A stretch of DNA of 64,000 nucleotides, from NCBI GenBank assembly GCA_022709525.1, contig JAKLIQ010000003.1, positions 65,771-129,770 of the forward strand, written 5' to 3'. Under the pieces are notes generated by a model. The model worked only from the letters and a program-made list of their open reading frames with translations, was not told where the DNA came from and did no database searches. Each line of letters starts with the position of its first letter. The stretch's first letter is position 1. Below are positions 57,335 through 64,000 of the stretch, piece after piece. Made by a program: the position numbers and the translations under genes. This DNA is from Candidatus Omnitrophota bacterium. Lineage in GTDB: Bacteria; Omnitrophota; Omnitrophia; Omnitrophales; Aquincolibacteriaceae.

Positions 57335-57762
57335 AAGCCAAATTTCCTTATAAAAAACGTAAGAAACGGTTAGGTTGCGGGATCGGTTCCGGGCACGGGA
57401 AAACCTCGACCAAGGGCCATAAAGGTCAAAGGGCTCGCTCGGGTTTCCGTTTGAATCCCGGTTTTGAAGGCGGCCAGAACCCTCTTTATCGCCGGCTTCC
57501 CAAAAGGGGCTTTAACCGGAGCGCATTCAAAAAGATCTATGCGATCGTGAATCTGCAAACACTAGCAAAGCTCGAGGATAAAGAGATTACCCCCGAGATA
57601 TTGCTTGCGAAGAATATCATCAAGGAGCTTCATGACGGACTCAAGGTCTTAGGCTCCGGAGAACCCAAAAAAGGCGTGACCGTCAAAGCCCATCTCTTCA
57701 GCGCTTCCGCGAAGACAAAGATCGAGGCCAAAGGCGGCCAAGCTGTCCTGCTGACAAAATAA
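57331..57762 (+). CDS. rplO: 50S ribosomal protein L15
   Basis: 143 aa; overlaps rpsE stop. Confidence 0.94.
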   Translation: MKAKFPYKKRKKRLGCGIGSGHGKTSTKGHKGQRARSGFRLNPGFEGGQNPLYRRLPKRGFNRSAFKKIYAIVNLQTLAKLEDKEITPEILLAKNIIKELHDGLKVLGSGEPKKGVTVKAHLFSASAKTKIEAKGGQAVLLTK

Positions 57763-57780
57763 AAAAAGAACGGAGTTCTG

Positions 57781-59130
57781 GTGCTGCAAGCGTTCGGAAA
57801 TATCTTAAAGATCCCGGATCTGCGTAAAAAGATCCTTTTTACCCTCGGCATTATCGCCGTTTACCGCGTTGGCACCTACGTGCCGACCCCGGGGATCGAC
57901 GGCGTGGCGCTCGCCCGCTTTTTCCAGCAGCATATGTCAGGCGGATCGCTCCTGGGTTTCATGGGGATGTTCACCGGCGGCGCGCTTCAAAAAGCGACGA
58001 TCTTCGCGCTCGGGATCATGCCTTACATCTCGGCATCGATCATCCTCCAGCTTTTAACCGTTGTGATCCCGGCCTTGGAAAAACTCGCCAAAGAGGGCGA
58101 GGAGGGCCGCAAGAAGATCATCCAGTACACGCGCTACGGGACGATCGTTCTGAGTATTTTACAGACCTTTTTTATCGCTCTTTGGCTTGAAAATCCCGCG
58201 GCCTTTGGCGGCACCGTGATCGTTCCGAATCCGGGCTGGGGTTTTCGCCTGATGTGTATGCTTACGATGACCACCGGCACGGCCTTTATCATGTGGCTTG
58301 GCGAACAGATCGACAATTACGGCATTGGGAACGGCATGTCGATCATCATCACGGCCGGCATCATCGAGGCGTTGCCGGAAGCGTTGCGCCAGACCTGGGT
58401 CCTGCTTTCACCGCTCGATCCTTCGCGCCAGCAGCTTCCTTGGTGGAAATTCGTCGTGATGTGCGGGCTTTTCGTGGGCGCGGTGATCTTCCTGATCCTG
58501 ATCATCCAAGGCCAGCGGAAGATCCCGGTCCAATATGCCAAACAGATCCGCGGCCACCGGACTTACGGCGGGCAAAGCACTTACTTGCCGCTGAAGGTGA
58601 ACCAGGCGGGCGTGATCCCGATCATTTTTGCGCAGTCGGTCATTCTTTTTCCGGCCACGATCGCGGGGTTTTTCCCGAACGCGGGAGCGTTCACCAAGAT
58701 CGCGCAGGCGATCAGTTACGGAACGGGCGGCTATATGGCTTTAGACGCGTTCCTTATTATTTTCTTTACGTTCTTTTATACGGCGATCACGTTCAATCCG
58801 ATCGAAGTGAGCGAAAACCTTCAAAAATACGGCGGGTTTATCCCCGGGATACGCCCAGGCAAGAATACTGCCGAATATCTGGATTATCTCATGACAAGGA
58901 TCGCGACGGCCGGCGCTATCATCCTGGCTTTGATCGCGCTTTTTCCCAAGATCATTTCGTCGCCGCATATTCTGAACGTGCCGTTTCTTGTCGCAAGCTT
59001 TTTTGGCGGGACCGGGCTTCTTATCATTGTCGGCGTGGTGCTGGACGTGATGAAGGCCGTCGAATCGCAGCTGGTCATGCGCCATTATGACGGCTTCATC
59101 AAACGCGGCCGTCTCAAAGGGCGCCGCTGA
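57781..59130 (+). CDS. secY: preprotein translocase subunit SecY
   Basis: 449 aa, GTG start, 10 TM. Confidence 0.96.
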   Translation: MLQAFGNILKIPDLRKKILFTLGIIAVYRVGTYVPTPGIDGVALARFFQQHMSGGSLLGFMGMFTGGALQKATIFALGIMPYISASIILQLLTVVIPALEKLAKEGEEGRKKIIQYTRYGTIVLSILQTFFIALWLENPAAFGGTVIVPNPGWGFRLMCMLTMTTGTAFIMWLGEQIDNYGIGNGMSIIITAGIIEALPEALRQTWVLLSPLDPSRQQLPWWKFVVMCGLFVGAVIFLILIIQGQRKIPVQYAKQIRGHRTYGGQSTYLPLKVNQAGVIPIIFAQSVILFPATIAGFFPNAGAFTKIAQAISYGTGGYMALDAFLIIFFTFFYTAITFNPIEVSENLQKYGGFIPGIRPGKNTAEYLDYLMTRIATAGAIILALIALFPKIISSPHILNVPFLVASFFGGTGLLIIVGVVLDVMKAVESQLVMRHYDGFIKRGRLKGRR

Positions 59131-59780
59131 TGAACCTTATTTTTTTGGGGCCTCCGGGTGCGGGGAAAGGCACCCACGCGAAAATGCTCTGTGAAAAACG
59201 CGGCATGATGCAGCTTGCCGCCGGCGATATTTTGCGCCGAAATATCAAAGAGGGTACGAAGCTGGGGGCTCTTGCGAAAGATGTGATCGCGCGCGGCGAA
59301 CTTGTCTCTGACGATCTCGTCAACGATATGATGTTTGAAGAGATCCGCGGGCTTAAAAACTCAAAAGGTTTTATTCTCGACGGTTATCCGCGGACGATCG
59401 GACAGGCCGAAGCGCTCGGGAAGTTCTTTGCTAAAGAAAAGATCCAGCTTGCGGCGGCGATCAACTTTGATGCCTCGGAGGATATTCTCGTGGACCGCCT
59501 TTCGGGGCGCCGGGGATGCCCGAAATGCGGGAAGATCTATCATGTCCGCAATATGCCGCCCAAGAAAGACGGCGTTTGCGATGTGGACGGCGAAAAGCTC
59601 ACCATTCGCAAGGATGATGAGCCCGAGACGATCCGTCACCGGCTGAAGGTCTATCACGAATCGACCAAGCCCTTGATCGAGTATTACCGTAAAAAAGGGT
59701 TGTTGCACAATATTCCGGCGGAAGGCGATGCCGAGTCGGTCCAGAAGGTTCTGGAAAAGCTCTTTGAAAAGATCCGTTAA
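59130..59780 (+). CDS. adk: adenylate kinase (zinc-lid form)
   Basis: 216 aa; P-loop GPPGAGKGT; lid CPKCGKIYH...CDVDGE. Confidence 0.95.
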   Translation: MNLIFLGPPGAGKGTHAKMLCEKRGMMQLAAGDILRRNIKEGTKLGALAKDVIARGELVSDDLVNDMMFEEIRGLKNSKGFILDGYPRTIGQAEALGKFFAKEKIQLAAAINFDASEDILVDRLSGRRGCPKCGKIYHVRNMPPKKDGVCDVDGEKLTIRKDDEPETIRHRLKVYHESTKPLIEYYRKKGLLHNIPAEGDAESVQKVLEKLFEKIR

Positions 59781-59785
59781 CTCCG

Positions 59786-60541
59786 ATGATCGAGCTGAAA
59801 TCGAAACGTGAAATTCAGCTGATCGGAGAGGCGGGCGAGATCATCAAAAAAGTATTCGCGGCCGTGTGCCCCATGATCGCCGAAGGGGTGGCGACAGCGG
59901 CGCTTGATAGCGTGGCCGAAAAGGTGATCCTGGAAAACGGGGGAGAACCGGCGTTCAAGGGATACCGCGGCTATCCGAAAACGGCCTGCATCTCGCTCAA
60001 CGAAGCGGTCGTTCACGGGATCCCGAACGGGCGGCAATTAAAAAAAGGCGATCTCGTAAGCTTTGATATCGGCGTGAAACGGAAAGGTTTTTATGCGGAT
60101 GCCGCGAGGACCTGGCAGGTCGGCACGCCCGACCCGGCAAAGCAGGCGCTGATCGATGCCGCAAAAGCGTCCTTGGACGGGGCCCTTGCGGCGTATAAGA
60201 CGGGATGGAGGATCGGAGATCTTTCGGAGACGATCCAGCAGTATGTTGAAAAGCGGGGTTTTCAGGTCGTTCGCGATTACGCGGGGCATGGGATCGGCCG
60301 TCAGCTCCATGAGGACCCTCAGGTCCCCAATTACGGAAAGGCGGGTCGAGGCGCAAAGATCGAGCCGGGATTGGTCCTCGCGATCGAGCCGATGGTCACG
60401 GCGGGTCATTATGCCGTGGAAACGCTTGAGGACGGCTGGACCGTGGTCACGAAAGACCGCAAGAACGCCAGCCATTATGAAGATACGATTGCTTTTACGG
60501 AAAGTGGATTCATCAATTTAACTAGCGACGGGGTTCTTTAA
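59786..60541 (+). CDS. map: type I methionine aminopeptidase
   Basis: 251 aa; metal ligands in DIGVKRKGFYAD..GHGIG..LAIEPMV. Confidence 0.94.
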   Translation: MIELKSKREIQLIGEAGEIIKKVFAAVCPMIAEGVATAALDSVAEKVILENGGEPAFKGYRGYPKTACISLNEAVVHGIPNGRQLKKGDLVSFDIGVKRKGFYADAARTWQVGTPDPAKQALIDAAKASLDGALAAYKTGWRIGDLSETIQQYVEKRGFQVVRDYAGHGIGRQLHEDPQVPNYGKAGRGAKIEPGLVLAIEPMVTAGHYAVETLEDGWTVVTKDRKNASHYEDTIAFTESGFINLTSDGVL

Positions 60542-60544
60542 CCA

Positions 60545-60763
60545 ATGCCAAAAGAAGATGCGATCGAAGTAGAAGGGACCGTGATCGAGCCCTTGCCCAA
60601 CGCGATGTTCCGCGTTGAGCTTGAGAACGGGCACAAGGTGCTGGCGCATATTTCCGGCAAAATGAGAATGCACTACATCCGTATTCTTCCGGGCGACAAG
60701 GTCAAGATGGAGCTTTCTCCGTACGACCTGACCCGCGGAAGGATCACGTTCCGGGTCAAATAA
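60545..60763 (+). CDS. infA: translation initiation factor IF-1
   Basis: 72 aa. Confidence 0.96.
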   Translation: MPKEDAIEVEGTVIEPLPNAMFRVELENGHKVLAHISGKMRMHYIRILPGDKVKMELSPYDLTRGRITFRVK

Positions 60764-60781
60764 TTCATTCGAGGTGAAAAA

Positions 60782-60895
60782 ATGAAAGTCAGAAGTTCGG
60801 TACGAAGGATCTGTGAGAATTGCAAGATCGTGCGCCGTAAGGGCTACGTCTATGTGATCTGCAGCAATCCGAAACATAAACAGCGACAGGGTTAG
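60782..60895 (+). CDS. rpmJ: 50S ribosomal protein L36 (zinc-ribbon)
   Basis: 37 aa [37 protein letters not shown]; not in ORF track. Confidence 0.9.
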   Translation: MKVRSSVRRICENCKIVRRKGYVYVICSNPKHKQRQG

Positions 60896-60922
60896 TCGGT
60901 CTTTTAAGAAAGGATCCAAAGT

Positions 60923-61309
60923 ATGCCGCGTATCATTGGGGTGGATATCCCGAGAGAAAAAAGAATCGATGTGGCGTTAACCTACCTTTATGGGGTGGGC
61001 AAGACGCTTTCCAAGAAAATTTTAAACGAAGCTAAAGTCGACCTGGCCAAACGGGCCAAGGATCTGACCGAGGCCGAGGTCTCCGTCATTACGGGGATCA
61101 TCCAGCGCACGCTGAAGGTGGAAGGCGACCTTCGCCGCGATATCCAGACGAACATCAAGCGTTTGATGGATATTCGCTGCTACCGGGGTTCCAGGCATCT
61201 GAAAGGCCTTCCGTGCCGGGGACAGCGCACGCATACGAACGCGCGCACCCGCAAGGGGAAACGGAAGACCGTGGGCGGTCTCAATCGGGCCGCACCCGCG
61301 CCTAAATAG
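60923..61309 (+). CDS. rpsM: 30S ribosomal protein S13
   Basis: 128 aa. Confidence 0.96.
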   Translation: MPRIIGVDIPREKRIDVALTYLYGVGKTLSKKILNEAKVDLAKRAKDLTEAEVSVITGIIQRTLKVEGDLRRDIQTNIKRLMDIRCYRGSRHLKGLPCRGQRTHTNARTRKGKRKTVGGLNRAAPAPK

Positions 61310-61339
61310 TCCGTCATCATCAATCAATAAAGGAACGAT

Positions 61340-61711
61340 ATGGCTAAAAAGAAAAAGATCAAACACATCGCCCGCGGCGTTGCGCACATCGCGGCGAGCT
61401 TTAACAACACCATCATCACCATTACCGATGCCGGCGGCAACGCCGTCTGCTGGGAATCTTCCGGTTCGGCGGGTTTCAAGGGGTCGAAAAAATCGACGCC
61501 TTTCGCGGCCCAGATCGCTTCCGAGAAGGCCGCAAAAAAAGCCATGGAGTACGGCATGAAAGAAGTGGAAGTTTATATCAAGGGCCCCGGCGCGGGCCGG
61601 GAATCGGCCATTCGCGCGCTTCAAGCGGCGGGTCTTGTGATCAGCGCCATTCACGATATCACACCGGTGCCGCATAACGGTTGCCGTCCGCCGAAAAAGA
61701 GGAGAGTTTAA
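61340..61711 (+). CDS. rpsK: 30S ribosomal protein S11
   Basis: 123 aa. Confidence 0.96.
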   Translation: MAKKKKIKHIARGVAHIAASFNNTIITITDAGGNAVCWESSGSAGFKGSKKSTPFAAQIASEKAAKKAMEYGMKEVEVYIKGPGAGRESAIRALQAAGLVISAIHDITPVPHNGCRPPKKRRV

Positions 61712-61714
61712 TTT

Positions 61715-62338
61715 ATGGGAAGGTATCGCGGTCCAGTTATTCGGTTGCACCGTCGCGAGGGCGTCAATCTCGGTCTCAAAGGCCGTCGCGTCACTGATGA
61801 AAAATATGACAAACGTTTAGGGAAGCCGCCCGGGCAGCATGGCCTTTCCCGGCAAAAACTCTCCGACTACGGGGTTCAGCTGCGCGAAAAACAGAAAATG
61901 AAAAGGATCTATGGACTTGGCGAACGCCAGTTCCGTGTATTCTTTAAGCGGGCGGTGCGTATGAAGGGCGTGACCGGCGAAATGTTGATCCAGCTTCTGG
62001 AGCGGCGCCTGGACAATGTTGTTTTCCGTCTTCTTTTCGGGTCTTCCCGCCGCGAAGCGCGTCAGATGGTCGGGCATGGGCATATCACTGTGGACGGCAA
62101 AAAGGTCGATGTTCCGTCCTACATCGTGAAAGTGGGCCAAAAGATCGGCCTAAGGCAAAAAGAAGCGACCGCCAAACGGGTGCAGGCAAGTCTTGAGAAA
62201 TGGAAAGACCTGAATGTTCCCGAGTGGTTGACCCTCGATCGCGAGAAACTGACAGCCGAAGTCATGAGACTTCCGACCAAAGCGGAAGCCGGTTTGCCGG
62301 TCGAAGAGTCGCTGATCGTGGAATTGTATTCTAAATGA
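61715..62338 (+). CDS. rpsD: 30S ribosomal protein S4
   Basis: 207 aa. Confidence 0.96.
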   Translation: MGRYRGPVIRLHRREGVNLGLKGRRVTDEKYDKRLGKPPGQHGLSRQKLSDYGVQLREKQKMKRIYGLGERQFRVFFKRAVRMKGVTGEMLIQLLERRLDNVVFRLLFGSSRREARQMVGHGHITVDGKKVDVPSYIVKVGQKIGLRQKEATAKRVQASLEKWKDLNVPEWLTLDREKLTAEVMRLPTKAEAGLPVEESLIVELYSK

Positions 62339-62344
62339 CGTCAT

Positions 62345-62372
62345 ACCTTATGCTGCATTTGCAGCATAAGGT
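62345..62372 (+). other. perfect 12-bp stem / 4-nt loop hairpin (accttatgctgc-attt-gcagcataaggt) right after rpsD stop; no U-tract
   Basis: read directly. Confidence 0.5.
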
Positions 62373-62377
62373 ATCGG

Positions 62378-62495
62378 ACGGAATTTACCCCGCACCCAGA
62401 GCGGCGCGGGGGCGGAATGAAGATTGTTTTTTTGAAATAAAGTTTTAAGGACTCCGTTCGGCTTATTTCAAGCTGGGTGCGGGGTCCAATTCACA
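62378..62495 (+). repeat. E2: second copy of the GGAATTTACCCCGCAC...GTGCGGGGTCCAATTCACA element, upstream of rpoA
   Basis: termini identical to E1 at 17/17 and 19/20 positions. Confidence 0.6.
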
Positions 62496-62567
62496 GACGG
62501 CCTAACGGCCTATCATTTAGGATGCAAAAGCGTCCTAAATAATCTGTTCATTGGAGGAGAAAATACA

Positions 62568-63575
62568 ATGGGTATTCGTTGGAAAACATTTGAAATGCCG
62601 AAGCGCCTCGAAGCGGAACAAGGGTCGCTGACGCCTAATTATGGCAAGTTCATTGCCGAACCTTTCGAGCGGGGTTATGGCACCACGATCGGCAACGCGC
62701 TTCGCCGCGTGCTGATCTCTTCGATCGAAGGGGCCGCCGTGACCAGCATCAAGATCGACGGCATGCTCCATGAATTCTCCACGGTCGAAGGGGTTGCCGA
62801 AGACGGCGCTCAGATCGTAATGAACGTGAAAAAGATCGTTCTGCGTTATCACGGGAAAGGCCCCAAGAAGATCTACATCGACGTCAAAAAACAGGGCCCA
62901 GTCAAGGCCGGCGACATTCAGGCCGACGAAACCGTCGAGATCGTCAACCCGGAGCTTGTGATCTGCAATTTAAGCAAGTCCCAGACGTTCAAAATGGAGA
63001 TGGAAGTGGGCCGCGGCCGCGGTTATGTTCCCGCTGAACGCAACAAGCAGGAAGATTCGTCTATCGGTGTGGTGACCGTGGATTCGATCTTTTCGCCCGT
63101 GACCAAGGTGAATTTTTACGTGGAAGACACCCGCGTCGGGCAGATCACCGATTACGACCGCTTGATCCTCGAGATCTGGACGAACGGCGCCATGGGCCCG
63201 GAGGAAGCGCTTCTTTACGCGTCCAACATCCTCCAGCGCCACCTGGATGTTTTCGTCAACTACGGCGAATTGCCGGAAGAAGAAGAGGAAGAAGAGGTCG
63301 AAGACAAAGAGTTTCTTGATATGATCAATAAGCCGATCAGCGAACTGGAGCTTTCCGTTCGAAGCGCCAATTGTCTCGAAGCGGCCAATATCAAAACGAT
63401 CGGCGACCTGGTGCAGAAGACCGAAGCCCAGATGCTTAAATACAAGAATTTCGGGAAAAAATCCCTCAACGAGATCAATGCCATCTTGACCGGCATGAAT
63501 CTCCATCTCGGGATGGCCCTCGAAGGTCGTTTACCTAACAAGGGCGCAGCGGTCGCGGCCCCCAGCGAATCATAA
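62568..63575 (+). CDS. rpoA: DNA-directed RNA polymerase subunit alpha
   Basis: 335 aa; NTD + acidic linker + CTD. Confidence 0.97.
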   Translation: MGIRWKTFEMPKRLEAEQGSLTPNYGKFIAEPFERGYGTTIGNALRRVLISSIEGAAVTSIKIDGMLHEFSTVEGVAEDGAQIVMNVKKIVLRYHGKGPKKIYIDVKKQGPVKAGDIQADETVEIVNPELVICNLSKSQTFKMEMEVGRGRGYVPAERNKQEDSSIGVVTVDSIFSPVTKVNFYVEDTRVGQITDYDRLILEIWTNGAMGPEEALLYASNILQRHLDVFVNYGELPEEEEEEEVEDKEFLDMINKPISELELSVRSANCLEAANIKTIGDLVQKTEAQMLKYKNFGKKSLNEINAILTGMNLHLGMALEGRLPNKGAAVAAPSES

Positions 63576-63585
63576 GGATCGTGCC

Positions 63586-64000
63586 ATGCGCCATCAACGT
63601 CGCAGAAGGACATTAGGAATCGTAAGTTCGCACCGCACGGCCCTGCTTAGAAATCTTGTGCGGGCGCTCGTCTTGAAAAAACGCATCGAGACGACCCATG
63701 CCAAAGCCAAGGAAACAAGCGCATTGGCGGATAAAATGGTCACGATCGCCAAGCGCGGCGGGCTTCATGCGCACCGGCTTTTGATCTCTAAGGTCCGGGA
63801 TCCCGAGATCGCGCGCATTCTTATCACGAAGATCGCGCCTCTTTTCAAGGACCGCAAAGGCGGCTATACGCGCGTGCTTCGTCTCGGCTACCGTGCCGGT
63901 GACGGCGCCCAGATGGCCCTCCTCGAGTGGACCGTTGTTTTTGAGGCCCCGGCCAAAAAGGCCAAGAAAAAGAAAGAAGCCAAGCCGGGCGAAAAAACCG
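63586..64000 (+). CDS. rplQ: 50S ribosomal protein L17 (3' end beyond window)
   Basis: MRHQRRRRTLGIVSSHRTALLRNL...; open to window end. Confidence 0.9.
   Translation, partial: MRHQRRRRTLGIVSSHRTALLRNLVRALVLKKRIETTHAKAKETSALADKMVTIAKRGGLHAHRLLISKVRDPEIARILITKIAPLFKDRKGGYTRVLRLGYRAGDGAQMALLEWTVVFEAPAKKAKKKKEAKPGEKT

Noticed and set aside
61022-61750. 242-aa minus-strand ORF across rpsM-rpsK-rpsD
   Set aside because: Antisense to three ribosomal protein genes.

Overview
This 64-kb bacterial window is dominated by core information-processing and energy genes on two strands.

Plus strand:
- tRNA-Gly, then a partial duplication of its 3' end.
- An LpxL-family acyltransferase.
- nusA-infB-rbfA-truB-ribF-rpsO-pnp-dut in one syntenic run, then ftsK and queH.
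- From about 32.5 kb to the end: tRNA-Thr, tuf, rpmG, tRNA-Trp, secE-nusG, rplKAJL, rpoBC, the str, S10, spc and alpha ribosomal operons, secY-adk-map-infA-rpmJ, then rpsMKD-rpoA-rplQ (truncated at the window end). L30 (rpmD) is absent.

Minus strand:
- A complete F1Fo ATP synthase operon at 24.6-31.2 kb, with a short epsilon subunit.
- An 8.4-kb minus-strand run of membrane and accessory genes at 13.5-21.9 kb. From the upstream end this reads: an H/C-loop permease, a singleton UPF0016 transporter, two micro-ORFs, an ArsP-like permease, RluA, a B12 radical-SAM protein, TspO, DedA, DUF486, an ICMT-like methyltransferase, a flavin-reductase-like protein, CrcB, and DUF190.

The most unusual content is in that run. 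Two tandem, translationally coupled micro-ORFs (26 and 48 aa) sit between the transporters; the first is preceded by a perfect AGGAGG. Both are Lys-rich with C-terminal CGC/CC cysteine clusters. They lie between an ArsP-type permease carrying the TPFCSCS motif and a second permease with a His/Cys-rich loop (HRACGCHAHGC). This looks like a candidate undescribed metal(loid)-handling module.

Several unexplained repeat families sit in intergenic regions of highly expressed operons:
- An approximately 100-bp element with 17-19 bp conserved termini (the 15-bp inverted core GAATTTACCCCGCAC / GTGCGGGGT(T/C)CAATTC lies inside them), present upstream of rplK and again upstream of rpoA.
- An approximately 80-bp GGGACTCG/CTCGTAAAAACGAGG hairpin repeat between rpsG-fusA and between atpD-atpG, both in sense orientation.
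- Clusters of GCKCAACG half-sites in two promoter regions.
- Symmetric heptad arrays upstream of ftsK.

No rRNA, CRISPR array or obvious transposase is present.

Gene starts were re-chosen where the ORF track used upstream alternative starts. The ORF-track translations near 20.40 kb and 20.52 kb imply T-run lengths differing by one from my reading of the printed sequence (5 vs 6 T near 20.40 kb; 4 vs 3 T near 20.52 kb, compensating). Micro-ORF B coordinates follow the track-consistent reading.
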